Below are positions 9,433-18,287 of a DNA stretch of 64,000 bases, in pieces. The translations under genes were made by a program, and so were the position numbers. Where the stretch lies: assembly GCA_965207975.1 (NCBI GenBank), contig OZ242315.1, positions 5,066,449 to 5,130,448 on the forward strand, given 5' to 3'. Within the stretch, counting starts at the first letter, position 1. Every line of letters begins with the position of its first letter. The notes beneath the pieces were generated by a model. It searched no databases and had not been told where the DNA came from. It worked only from the letters and a program-made list of their open reading frames with translations. Source of the DNA: Candidatus Poribacteria bacterium. Its GTDB lineage: Bacteria; Poribacteria; WGA-4E; PCPOR2b.

Positions 9433-10446
9433 TCATCGGTCAGTCTGTTTAAGCCTCCCCCATATCGTGAATATCTTACCTATGGGGGCGACTGCAAAAG
9501 CAGGACCAAGCCATGCAGGATCGGTGTCAGCGTGGCGATTAAGGGTGAGGTTTCGCTGATTCTTCCCATCGGCCTCCATCACGTAGATTTCTCCCTCATT
9601 GCTATCCTCATAAGACGTGAAGGCAATGCGCGTGCCGTCAGTTGACCATGAGGGTTCCCAGTCCTCATGGAAATTTTTAGTGAGTCTTCGCAGATTCTCC
9701 CCATCGGCATCCATCACGTAGATTTCAAAGCCTTCAAGCTCCCCCTTCTCATCCGACGCGAAGGCAATGCGCTCACCGTCGGGTGACCACGAGGGCATCC
9801 AGTCATTCTGACGATTTTCGGTGAGTCTTTGTTCATTCCTTCCGTCGGCGTCCATCACGTAGATTTCATCAGTGATTCCAAACCTGCTTCTAAAGTGTCC
9901 AGCCCGCTGAGACACGAAGACAATGCGCTTACCGTCCGGAGACCATGCGGGAGCCCAGTCCACATGGGGATCATTGGTGAGGTTTCGCTGATTGCCACCA
10001 TCGACAGCCATCACGTAGATTTCATTATCCCAATCGTCCTCCTCCCTAGCAGTAACAAAAGCAATGCGCTTACCATCAGGGGACCATGCGGGATCCCAGT
10101 CTCCATTGGGATGGTTGGTAAGGTTCCGCTGATTACCACCATCGGCATCCATCACGTAGATTTCAAAGTCCCCATCCCTCTCAGACATGAACGCAATCCG
10201 TTTACCATCAGGGGACCATGAGGGATCCCTATCCTCAAGGGGATTGTTAGTGAGTCTTCGCTGATTCTTCCCATCGGTATCCATCACATAGATTTCATGG
10301 GTGGAGTGCCCGTCTATAACATGCCCATCCCTATTAGATATGAAGGCAATCTGTGCCTGTGCGTCAACACATACCATCAGCAGCGTCAGCACCAAGACAA
10401 CAACGCCAGCTAAAATCAAATGTACGAGATTGTATCTCCGCTGCAT
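9433..10446 (-). CDS. PD40/TolB-like beta-propeller repeat protein, secreted (paralog 8)
   Basis: 337 aa. MQRRYNLVHLILAGVVVLVLTLLMVCVDAQAQ, 6 blades, tail ...[28 protein letters not shown]. Confidence 0.88.
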   Translation of the reverse strand: MQRRYNLVHLILAGVVVLVLTLLMVCVDAQAQIAFISNRDGHVIDGHSTHEIYVMDTDGKNQRRLTNNPLEDRDPSWSPDGKRIAFMSERDGDFEIYVMDADGGNQRNLTNHPNGDWDPAWSPDGKRIAFVTAREEDDWDNEIYVMAVDGGNQRNLTNDPHVDWAPAWSPDGKRIVFVSQRAGHFRSRFGITDEIYVMDADGRNEQRLTENRQNDWMPSWSPDGERIAFASDEKGELEGFEIYVMDADGENLRRLTKNFHEDWEPSWSTDGTRIAFTSYEDSNEGEIYVMEADGKNQRNLTLNRHADTDPAWLGPAFAVAPIGKIFTIWGRLKQTDR

Positions 10447-10512
10447 CTGCTATGCCTCCTCCGTTCTCAAAATGGTTTCTTACCTTAAACACCGTTCTCT
10501 CAATAATACCAG

Positions 10513-11472
10513 TTATTGCCCGACCTGTTTAAGCCTCCCCCATATCGTGAGGGTCTTACCAGCGGGAGCAACCGAAAACACGGGTCCAAACCATGTAGGA
10601 TCCGTGTCATGGCTGCGATTATTGGTGAGGTTTTGCTGATTACCACCATCGGCATCCATCACGTAGATTTCATAGTCCCTGCCCCTAAAGTTCCTACCCT
10701 CGCTAGAAGCAAAGACGATGCGCTTACTGTCGGGAGACCAGGACGGATTCGTATCCTTAAAAGGATTGTCAGAGATTCTTCGCTGATTACCCCCATCGGC
10801 ATCCATCACATAGATGTCCAAGCCTCCACCCCTGACGGAATCAAAGGCGATGTGCTTACCGTCGGGAGACCATGAGGGATTTTCGTCATGAAAGCCATTA
10901 TTGGTAAGGTTTCGCTGATTACCCCCATCGGCGTCCATCACGTAGATCTCGACCCCATCCCTAACGGAAACAAAGGCAATCTGTTTGCCGTCAGGGGACC
11001 ATGAAGGATCCTTATCATTAACGGGATTGTTAGAGAGGTTGCGTGGATTACCTCCATCGGCATCCATCACGTAGATTTCACCGTTCCCGTTCCGCTTAGA
11101 GCCAAAAGCAATGTGCTTGCCATCGGGTGACCATGACGGTGAAGAGTCATCGTGGCGATTATTGGTGAGGTTTTTAGGGTGGCCCCCATTGGCGTTCATC
11201 ACGTAGATTTCCATGTTCTCAGCCCTAACGGAAACAAAGGCGATGCGTCTGCCGTCGGGCGACCATGACGGTGAAAAGTCATCATGCCGATTCTTCGTGA
11301 GTCTTCGCTGGTTATCTCCGTCGGCATCCATCACATAGATCTCACTGTTCCCGTTCCTATCAGACACGAAAGCAATCTGCGCCTGTGCATCAACGACTAC
11401 CATCAGCAGCGTTAGTCCCAACACGACAACACTGATTAAAATGAAATGTGCGAGCGTATCTCTCTGTTGCAT
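10513..11472 (-). CDS. PD40/TolB-like beta-propeller repeat protein, secreted (paralog 9)
   Basis: ORF to 11499. Family start [32 protein letters not shown] at 11472. Six blades, tail ...[28 protein letters not shown]. Confidence 0.85.
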   Translation of the reverse strand: MQQRDTLAHFILISVVVLGLTLLMVVVDAQAQIAFVSDRNGNSEIYVMDADGDNQRRLTKNRHDDFSPSWSPDGRRIAFVSVRAENMEIYVMNANGGHPKNLTNNRHDDSSPSWSPDGKHIAFGSKRNGNGEIYVMDADGGNPRNLSNNPVNDKDPSWSPDGKQIAFVSVRDGVEIYVMDADGGNQRNLTNNGFHDENPSWSPDGKHIAFDSVRGGGLDIYVMDADGGNQRRISDNPFKDTNPSWSPDSKRIVFASSEGRNFRGRDYEIYVMDADGGNQQNLTNNRSHDTDPTWFGPVFSVAPAGKTLTIWGRLKQVGQ

Positions 11473-11579
11473 CGGATATGCCTCCCAACCTACGAACAAA
11501 AAAAACCCAGAGAGATAACAGATGTGGACGAGGCTCTCTGGGGCTAGTCAATCTTGTGCGGGTTTAGGCGAGGGGTTTA

Positions 11580-12545
11580 TCAATCATACTCTAACACGAT
11601 CTTGATTGCCTCATCCTTCTTATACAAAGACAACTCAAACCCGCGCTGCACCTCCGTAAACGGCAGCCGGTGGGTGATCATCGGTGAAACATCAATCCGT
11701 CCTTGTGCAATCATATCCATCGCCAACGGAAAATTATTCTGTGCATCGGGACCCACTGATCCGATCAAGCGGATATTTTTCCTGAACAGGTCACCGAAAC
11801 GGAAAGGGTAGGTCGGGTCATCAGGCACACCGAACGCCAGAAGCGTCCCATCCCGCTTGACGAGATCCATACACTGATTGATCGTCTCCGTCTGATGGCC
11901 TACCACTTCAACGACCAGATCTGCCATCCGACCGTCTGTGATCTCCTCAACAGCAGCGACCGTATCCACCTCAGCGGCATTAATCGTATGCGTCGCTTGC
12001 ATCTGTTTTGCTGCGTCCAGACGAAAATCAACGAGATCTGTTGCAACGACCGTTTTCGCACCCAAGTTACTCAACAAGTGCGTAAACAGCAATCCCATCG
12101 GTCCCTGTCCGACCACAACAACATCCTGATTCAGCAGGTTGCCTAACTTGCTACACGCCCAGATCACCGTGCCGAGCGGTTGAGACATCAGGATACAATC
12201 CTTGCGTCCAAATTCCACCAACGGGACGGTAACGCCTTCGTGGGCAACAAAGTATTCCGAAAGGCCACCGGGCCGTCCCGGCAGCGCAAGCACCGCGTCC
12301 CCTTCCTTAAACCGATCTGACTTACTCGCAGCCACTACGCCGATACATTCATGGATGGTCATCCCCGGCGATAGTGGATAGGCATCGGCTGGATGTTCCA
12401 TAACAAACGATGGCATATCAGTGCCACAAATAGCGTTCATTTGATTCTTTATAAGTACAGCTCCCTCCGGGTCAGATGAAATATCAGGCTTATCAATATC
12501 GATCATCTCAATCTGACGGGGAGCAACAATTTGTGCAGCTTTCAC
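11580..12545 (-). CDS. Zinc-dependent medium-chain alcohol dehydrogenase family protein (threonine/sorbitol dehydrogenase-like)
   Basis: 321 aa. Catalytic-zinc region ...NAICGTDMPSF... and Rossmann motif VVVVGQGPMGLLFTHLLSNLGA are typical of the MDR superfamily. Confidence 0.7.
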   Translation of the reverse strand: MKAAQIVAPRQIEMIDIDKPDISSDPEGAVLIKNQMNAICGTDMPSFVMEHPADAYPLSPGMTIHECIGVVAASKSDRFKEGDAVLALPGRPGGLSEYFVAHEGVTVPLVEFGRKDCILMSQPLGTVIWACSKLGNLLNQDVVVVGQGPMGLLFTHLLSNLGAKTVVATDLVDFRLDAAKQMQATHTINAAEVDTVAAVEEITDGRMADLVVEVVGHQTETINQCMDLVKRDGTLLAFGVPDDPTYPFRFGDLFRKNIRLIGSVGPDAQNNFPLAMDMIAQGRIDVSPMITHRLPFTEVQRGFELSLYKKDEAIKIVLEYD

Positions 12546-12655
12546 ATATCCCTCCTAAACCAAAGTAATAGGCACGTTGCTTTTAATCCCGATCATCGGG
12601 GCTCCGCGTGCCGTTCACCAATTTCACGTTTCACGCTTCTGTTCTGACATGAACC

Positions 12656-14251
12656 TCAAACCTTATAGGCGAACAACTTCGCCTGAAACATCTCCACACG
12701 AATGGCAAGCATCTCACCGACATCGGTGATATCACTGCTGCCCTGCCAAGTGACAACCTGATCCTCCTGATCGCCTGTCAAGGGATCGCACATCTCAAAA
12801 GTGAAGCCTTCAAGGGGGTTAGCATCCGGGCACTGCATAGTCGGTATCCTTGCCATCAACTCAACACGGATCCATCCACCCGGCGCACAACGGTAATTCA
12901 GGCGCAGTTCATTTCCCTGTCGAAACACCGTGGGAATCGTGAATCGCCCTTCGGTTGCTGCCTCAACCCCACACAGCCGATGCGGACGCCAACGTGCCCA
13001 CCTATTCTGGGATGGCTGCATCTCCGGAAAGAATGCCTTCTGATACTGCTCCTTGACAGTGTGTAGCGTCGAGCGCGCATGGTAAGGCACCGCCCAATTA
13101 CCATCAGGCAGCTCCACTAGACCGTTCCGCCAAACATGGATTTGGCCCTCTTCCCCGCTCCCTGTGGGCCCCAACTCAGCAACCGCGCGACGTTCCGGGC
13201 GTGTCCAGATCAGTCCGTCGCGACTGAACGCAAGCTGCAAGTCCACATGATCGGTGGCGTTATGGAATACTGGAATGACCATAGCGTGTAGCTCATCCCG
13301 ACCCGGATAGGGGAAGTAGCACGCCCCATAGAACGATATATCCAAAGGATCCTGTGCATCAGGATAAATCAACAACTTTGCCGCGGGCCACTTGCGGAAA
13401 TCCTTTGTCCGCGTCAGTCCGATTGCACGGCGAAACACCTCGGTCTCAGGCATACTAGCACCCAAGGCTTGCGGTTCTTCCGGGGCAACCCCTTGGGGCT
13501 GTATGTACGCATAATAGACACCGTTGTGTACATCGTAACCCGGGCAAATGCCACCGTTCACCGAGTAGTTGGCAAGCGGCTCAGGCAGATGCGTCCAAGT
13601 CAGACGATCCGGCGAGGTCAAGCCGAGCAGCTGTCCCTTCAGAACCACCTTGCGCCCGGAATAGGATCGACCCTCGTAGTGCTCCGCACGCCAACATCTG
13701 TCCGCTTCATCGCCATCGACCTCCTCACCGGTCTCTCGGTCAAGCCAAAACCCCTTTGCTTCCAACGCTTTGTACCGCTCTTCGGGCGGTGCAGACGGAT
13801 CTTCAAAGACACTCGCCAGCAACGATGTCTTGAGGATATTGTTGTCCGTCGAACCGTTAAACTCAGTCTGCCCTAACACCGGTCGTTCCCAGTTGTAACC
13901 ATCATCACTGAGGGCGAGACAGGTCTTTTCCCCAACATTGTACAGCATGTGGAGCCGTCCGTCTTCATGCCAGACACAGCCGGGGTAGGCAACCTCCTCA
14001 GTTTCCCACTCCTTTTCAGGAATTAAAAACGGTTCAGATTTGTCCGCCGCTTCCACCCGCAAACTCACACCAATGGGCGCATCGAACATCTCGTAGTTTC
14101 CCTGACGGGTTATGCTACGGTGACCTGTGAAAATCTCTGCCAGATCCACCATCGCCATCCATGTACCGGGATTGTACCGTGGACGCACCCAGTCGCCGGG
14201 AAAATAACTGCCGCGTGCCAGAATCTGCTCCCGTTGTTCAGCCATTTCCAC
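12656..14251 (-). CDS. Hypothetical protein (531 aa), possibly a beta-propeller/glycoside-hydrolase-like fold
   Basis: Long intact ORF with no motif I can assign confidently. Recurrent DG.Y/W.P motifs hint at a propeller-type hydrolase. Confidence 0.45.
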   Translation of the reverse strand: MEMAEQREQILARGSYFPGDWVRPRYNPGTWMAMVDLAEIFTGHRSITRQGNYEMFDAPIGVSLRVEAADKSEPFLIPEKEWETEEVAYPGCVWHEDGRLHMLYNVGEKTCLALSDDGYNWERPVLGQTEFNGSTDNNILKTSLLASVFEDPSAPPEERYKALEAKGFWLDRETGEEVDGDEADRCWRAEHYEGRSYSGRKVVLKGQLLGLTSPDRLTWTHLPEPLANYSVNGGICPGYDVHNGVYYAYIQPQGVAPEEPQALGASMPETEVFRRAIGLTRTKDFRKWPAAKLLIYPDAQDPLDISFYGACYFPYPGRDELHAMVIPVFHNATDHVDLQLAFSRDGLIWTRPERRAVAELGPTGSGEEGQIHVWRNGLVELPDGNWAVPYHARSTLHTVKEQYQKAFFPEMQPSQNRWARWRPHRLCGVEAATEGRFTIPTVFRQGNELRLNYRCAPGGWIRVELMARIPTMQCPDANPLEGFTFEMCDPLTGDQEDQVVTWQGSSDITDVGEMLAIRVEMFQAKLFAYKV

Positions 14252-14648
14252 CTCTTTCTCAAGCCTTCAGACTAGTTTGTTCATTGGTACATTGGTTCAT
14301 TAATAAGCGAGTGAACTCAATCGGTTTCGGTTATACTATAGCAGATTTCAGAATTAACTAGACACTGTACCGCAAACTGTTAGTTTGCGGCTTGGGATCA
14401 CAATCTAACAGTTTGTGGTACAAAAGGAGATTGTAGGTCGAGATTCATATCTCGACAAAACACCCGGCGTGTTGTGCCAACGAATACACGGAATATTATG
14501 TAATGTTATAGGTATTGTCGATTTTGGAAAATCGACCTACAGAATGAAGATTAATCTTTTAATTCGGTAATTTCCCAGCGATGCCCGGTGCGGTTAAAAA
14601 CCGCACCCACCGGGCCTGGGGAAAACGCGGAACGCGCCGCCTCCCACT

Positions 14649-16301
14649 CTAATAACCCGCCGAGTCTTGGTAGCGAGAAACCGTCTCCTCTCCACAGGTC
14701 ATCGTCTGTAGCAGGGCAGGACACCCCTCCTTCGTCGCAGCAACAGCGCGGGCAATCGCACCGGGCAGTTGGTCCGGTGTCACAACCGTCTCAGCAAAGG
14801 CACCCAAACTCTCGGCAACCTTGGCATAATCCCCGGACAACTTGTCGCTATCCCAGTGTTCTGAGGCATACGGCATATTCTGATTGTAGTGAGTCATTAT
14901 ACCGTTGTTCAAAACGACAGTCAATATCGGAATCTCAGACCGTACCGCTGTCTCAATGTCCAAGCCAGCCATACCGAAGGCAGCATCGCCCATCACATTG
15001 ACGACGAGTTTCTCAGGTGCAGCCATCTTCGCACCGAGTGCCAACCCCAAACCGTAACCCAACTGCGTCGACTTGCCCCAACCGATATAGGTATTTGGAG
15101 CGTCGGTCGTCCAGAATGGACACATCCGATCCCGCGGATAACCCGCATCGTGCGTAGCAATGGTGTTCGACACATCCACCGCTTTGTGAAGTTCGTTGAG
15201 GACACGATACTCGTTCATCGGGACTTCATCCGATTCGAGCCGCGGCCGCCATTCTGCCATCCACTCCGCTTTCACCTTCCGAATCTCGTTTGCTACACCG
15301 TTGACATCGGCTCTCCCCGCTTCACCGATCTGCCGCTTCACCTCTTCAATCATCTGTTGCAACACCAACTTCGCATCGCCAACAGCACCGTGCGCCAACC
15401 GATGATGCACATTCAGATCGTCGGTCGAATTAGTAATCTGAGCCACGGTAACACCAGCCGGTATCTGCGGGCTGTAACCGCTGCTCAGCGTCGTCGCAAT
15501 ACCAAGCACAAAGTCCGTCTGCCTCAGAAAGTGACCCACCATCTGAGTGCCACTACTTCCTGCCACGCCCAACGCCAGAGGATGGTCCTCGGGGAAGCCA
15601 CTCTTACCTTGTAAGGTAGTCAGCACAGGAATGTTCGTCAACTCTGCCAGCGTGACCAACTCATCCGTCGCTTCGGCGTACAGTATACCTCTGCCCGCGC
15701 TGATAACAGGGTTTGACGCGTTGAGCAAAGCAGTAACCATATCGCGGACATCATCGGGATCCCCCGCCGATTTGCGCACCTGCACCGGTTCATAGTTGAA
15801 AGCACTATCCGGAATTTCCTGACTCGCAGCATCTGAAGAAATCTCCAAAAGTACCGGTCCCGGTCTCCCATGTTTCATCCGAGTGAACGCCATCCGCATC
15901 AGTTGGGGGATGCGATCCGCCTGATTAATATACTCCGTCCACTTGGTAACTCCACCGTAGTTCCGGTACGAAACGAAGCCCGGATGCATACCCACACCCG
16001 AAAGAGGTGGTCCTCCGGGCAGGAGCAGTATCGGCACCGAATCAGCATAAGCTTGCGCGACACCACCAAAGGCGTTCTCAGCCCCCGGGCCAGATTGCAT
16101 CATGAACACACCGATGCGGTTACCGCACATAATGCGACTATACCCGTCAGCCATGTTCACACCCGCTCGCTCTTGGCGCGAGAGAATTGGCCTCATCCCC
16201 TCTTTCGCAGCCGCGTCTATGAGTGTATGGTGCGGGAAGCACGCGAACCAGTCAAGTCCCTCAGCTTTAAGAATCTTAGCAATCGCTTGATTACCTGTCA
16301 T
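14649..16301 (-). CDS. Thiamine-pyrophosphate-dependent enzyme (acetolactate synthase large-subunit family)
   Basis: 550 aa. N-terminal TPP-enzyme Pyr domain (GNQAIAKILKAEGLDWFACFPHHTL...) and C-terminal TPP-binding motif ...NVMGDAAFGMAGLDIETAV...LNNG. Confidence 0.75.
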   Translation of the reverse strand: MTGNQAIAKILKAEGLDWFACFPHHTLIDAAAKEGMRPILSRQERAGVNMADGYSRIMCGNRIGVFMMQSGPGAENAFGGVAQAYADSVPILLLPGGPPLSGVGMHPGFVSYRNYGGVTKWTEYINQADRIPQLMRMAFTRMKHGRPGPVLLEISSDAASQEIPDSAFNYEPVQVRKSAGDPDDVRDMVTALLNASNPVISAGRGILYAEATDELVTLAELTNIPVLTTLQGKSGFPEDHPLALGVAGSSGTQMVGHFLRQTDFVLGIATTLSSGYSPQIPAGVTVAQITNSTDDLNVHHRLAHGAVGDAKLVLQQMIEEVKRQIGEAGRADVNGVANEIRKVKAEWMAEWRPRLESDEVPMNEYRVLNELHKAVDVSNTIATHDAGYPRDRMCPFWTTDAPNTYIGWGKSTQLGYGLGLALGAKMAAPEKLVVNVMGDAAFGMAGLDIETAVRSEIPILTVVLNNGIMTHYNQNMPYASEHWDSDKLSGDYAKVAESLGAFAETVVTPDQLPGAIARAVAATKEGCPALLQTMTCGEETVSRYQDSAGY

Positions 16302-16336
16302 ATATTTCTATCCTTTCTAATGAACCTACAATACAC

Positions 16337-16362
16337 CCGTAGGTCGGGCATCTTGCCCGACC
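16337..16362. repeat. GTAGG-headed REP-like palindrome (ccgtaggtcgggca-tct-tgcccgacc)
   Basis: 9-bp stem, 3-nt loop, preceded by CCGTAGG. More than 15 related copies in the window (e.g. 14432, 17050, 18025, 22310, 24293, 29107, 32137, 37672, 37862, 51264, 55021, 55333). Confidence 0.6.
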
Positions 16363-16394
16363 CCAAACCTACATCAAAGAAAATAATTCATAGC

Positions 16395-16500
16395 AAACGC
16401 AGATCTGCGTTCCGTTTCTTCTCACGCATCACGTTTCACGCATCACGTCTTCTATCCTGTAAATCCTTAAATCCTGCAAATCCTGATTCAGGCAATGGCC
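16395..16500. repeat. Composite intergenic repeat: cgcagatctgcg palindrome + tandem heptamers (tcacgca/tcacgtt) + 'ctgtaaatccttaaatcctgNNaatcctgattcag' block; near-copy at 28120-28200, partial copies at 9375-9435, 17043-17100, 51340-51425
   Basis: Direct comparison of the listed stretches (about 85% identity over about 60-100 nt). Confidence 0.5.
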
Positions 16501-17108
16501 CAGCGGGCAATAGACACCAATCTGCGCTACTATACCACCCTTGCCAAAAGAGGTCAAGCCAATATTCACTGAGGCAGCCACCAACGGAAGAACCGGCACC
16601 AGTTAGCGTGGAAGATGTTGTCAATATCCGCACCACCCCGTTCAAGCGCGTCCGTCATGTGAGCCTCACGGGCATTTATCTGGACAACAGTTTCCGTCTG
16701 ATCCCGGTTATGGCAGAGCGCGAACAACGCCAAATCCAGATGCCCATCAAAAATCAACCGCATTCCAGCCACCCTACAACCAATATCGTCTCCGTAGGGG
16801 CAGGTCTTGTGCCTGCCCATAGGTTAGGTCTTAAAGTAGTAGGCACACTCCGTGTGCCGTAACCTCCGTATGCCGTAATCGTCAACCCACAGGTTGGGTC
16901 GAACAGCAATGAAACCCAACACCATCAATACAATCTATTTCGCTCCAGAGGAGCGATATGTTTATAGGAGGGCGACATCTAAAATCCCTGCGCTCCAGAG
17001 AAGCGCCATGTGTATAGTAATACCGACTTCGCGCCACAGAAGCATAATTCGTAGGGCACGCAGATCTGCGTGCCGCTTTTTCTTACGAATTACGCATTAC
17101 GTTTTATT

Positions 17109-17951
17109 CTACAACTCACCCGCCAGCCGCTTCAGATAGTTCTGACGCGGCTCCGACGCCCGCCGCAGCGCAGTTTCCGGCACATGAATCCGCGACAAGA
17201 CTTCCGGGTTAGCTCGGACAAACCCCTCCGCATATCCCGTCCTCGCGTACCAACCCGCATGACCCGTATGAAGCTCTATCCGCTTACGGGCGAAGGTTTC
17301 GGTATGCCCTTGACTGCTGAACAGGATCTCCGCCTCAACCCGCTTCTCCTTCCAATCCGAGATATCCACATAGAAGTCAATCTCGTCCTGCATATAATAG
17401 ACACCCGGATAATAGGTCGCTGCAATTGTGTGCGGTCTCTGCCGGCTGCCATAATTCGGCGTACCCGCCAACCCCTGTGCCTCCATGATGGCAAACGCCG
17501 TCTCGTCGTGATCGTTGTGCGCACCAGAAGCCATGGCGTTCCGTCCGCTCAGATGCGGTCGCTGTGTGATCAACACATGCGGTCGCACATCATAGATGAT
17601 CTGCCGGAGCACCTCTACCGCCTCCGGCGTGTTATGGAACGGCTTATCTGGAAAATCAAGGATCCGGACATCCGTAACCCCGAAAAGTGCACAGACCTTA
17701 CGAAACTCCTCCTCCTTGAGCCTCGCATAATCATCAGCACTCTGGTTGATAATCTCAGGATCCTGCTCCGCCTCCGGCTTGAGCAGCTCATCATAAAGTC
17801 GCTCATTGTGCGTACCGACCCCGTTAGTCATACTGACAACTGTGATGGAATCACCCTGCGAAGCATGAATGCCACAAGTTCCAGCACAGTGAGTAAAATC
17901 GTGTGGATGCGCTTTAACCACAAGAAACCGTAACGATTGATCTTGCATCAC
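17109..17951 (-). CDS. PIG-L/LmbE-family N-acetylglucosaminyl deacetylase
   Basis: 280 aa. ...FLVVKAHPHDFTHCAGT... corresponds to the AHPDDE-type metal-binding motif of LmbE/MshB/BshB-like deacetylases. Confidence 0.65.
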   Translation of the reverse strand: MMQDQSLRFLVVKAHPHDFTHCAGTCGIHASQGDSITVVSMTNGVGTHNERLYDELLKPEAEQDPEIINQSADDYARLKEEEFRKVCALFGVTDVRILDFPDKPFHNTPEAVEVLRQIIYDVRPHVLITQRPHLSGRNAMASGAHNDHDETAFAIMEAQGLAGTPNYGSRQRPHTIAATYYPGVYYMQDEIDFYVDISDWKEKRVEAEILFSSQGHTETFARKRIELHTGHAGWYARTGYAEGFVRANPEVLSRIHVPETALRRASEPRQNYLKRLAGEL

Positions 17952-18144
17952 AAACCTCCTCTATGTCCCCTTGTTAAACGGAGCATCTATCCAAGTCAAA
18001 TGTAGAACACAACCTGTTTGTCTTCGTAGGGAACGCAGATCTGTGTTCCCTATACAACTGATGCCCGATAAATCGGGCAACTACAATCTGAAGTGCGTAA
18101 CTCCTATGAAGATTAAAATATTAATCCGGTAATTTCCGAGCGAT

Positions 18145-18176
18145 GCCCGGTGCGGTTGGAAACCGCACCTACCGGG
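18145..18176. repeat. Hairpin repeat cccggtgcggtt-ggaa-aaccgcacc(ta)ccggg, part of an about 80-nt composite element also present at 14545-14614; further copies at 30885-30913 (inverted) and 32983-33014
   Basis: Inverted repeats and the copy-to-copy comparison seen directly. Confidence 0.55.
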
Positions 18177-18287
18177 GTCATAGCTCTAATGGTAGGCGCT
18201 GTTTCCAACTGCGCCGTTTCAACCCACGCACCTACCGGGGTCATAGCTTTATTGGATTGAATCCTAAATTTACCTCAGTGCAATGAA

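Noticed and set aside
1-11499. Diversity-generating retroelement targeting the PD40 array
   Set aside because: No reverse transcriptase ORF and no template/variable repeat pair with adenine-specific mismatches were found in or near the array. The variation is better explained by recombination among paralogs.
16566-16820. 84-aa ORF with DGHLDL motif as an intact membrane dipeptidase gene
   Set aside because: Far too short for an M19 peptidase (about 350 aa), and similarity is limited to about 10 residues. At best a remnant, so it is mentioned only as a possibility within the thiol-locus finding.
15870-16862. 330-aa plus-strand ORF spanning the TPP-enzyme 5' end and the repeat-filled gap
   Set aside because: Its first half is antisense to a well-supported TPP enzyme. 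Its second half runs through interspersed repeats. No RBS; composition looks non-coding.
17070-17933. 287-aa plus-strand ORF
   Set aside because: Fully antisense to the PIG-L deacetylase gene, which has clear family motifs.
18160-18245. tRNA-like stretch (ggggtcatagctctaatggtaggcgc…)
   Set aside because: A cloverleaf cannot be folded: the anticodon stem-loop has an 11-nt loop and there is no T-arm GTTCRANYC. The 19-nt flanks are direct repeats of the hairpin-repeat family.
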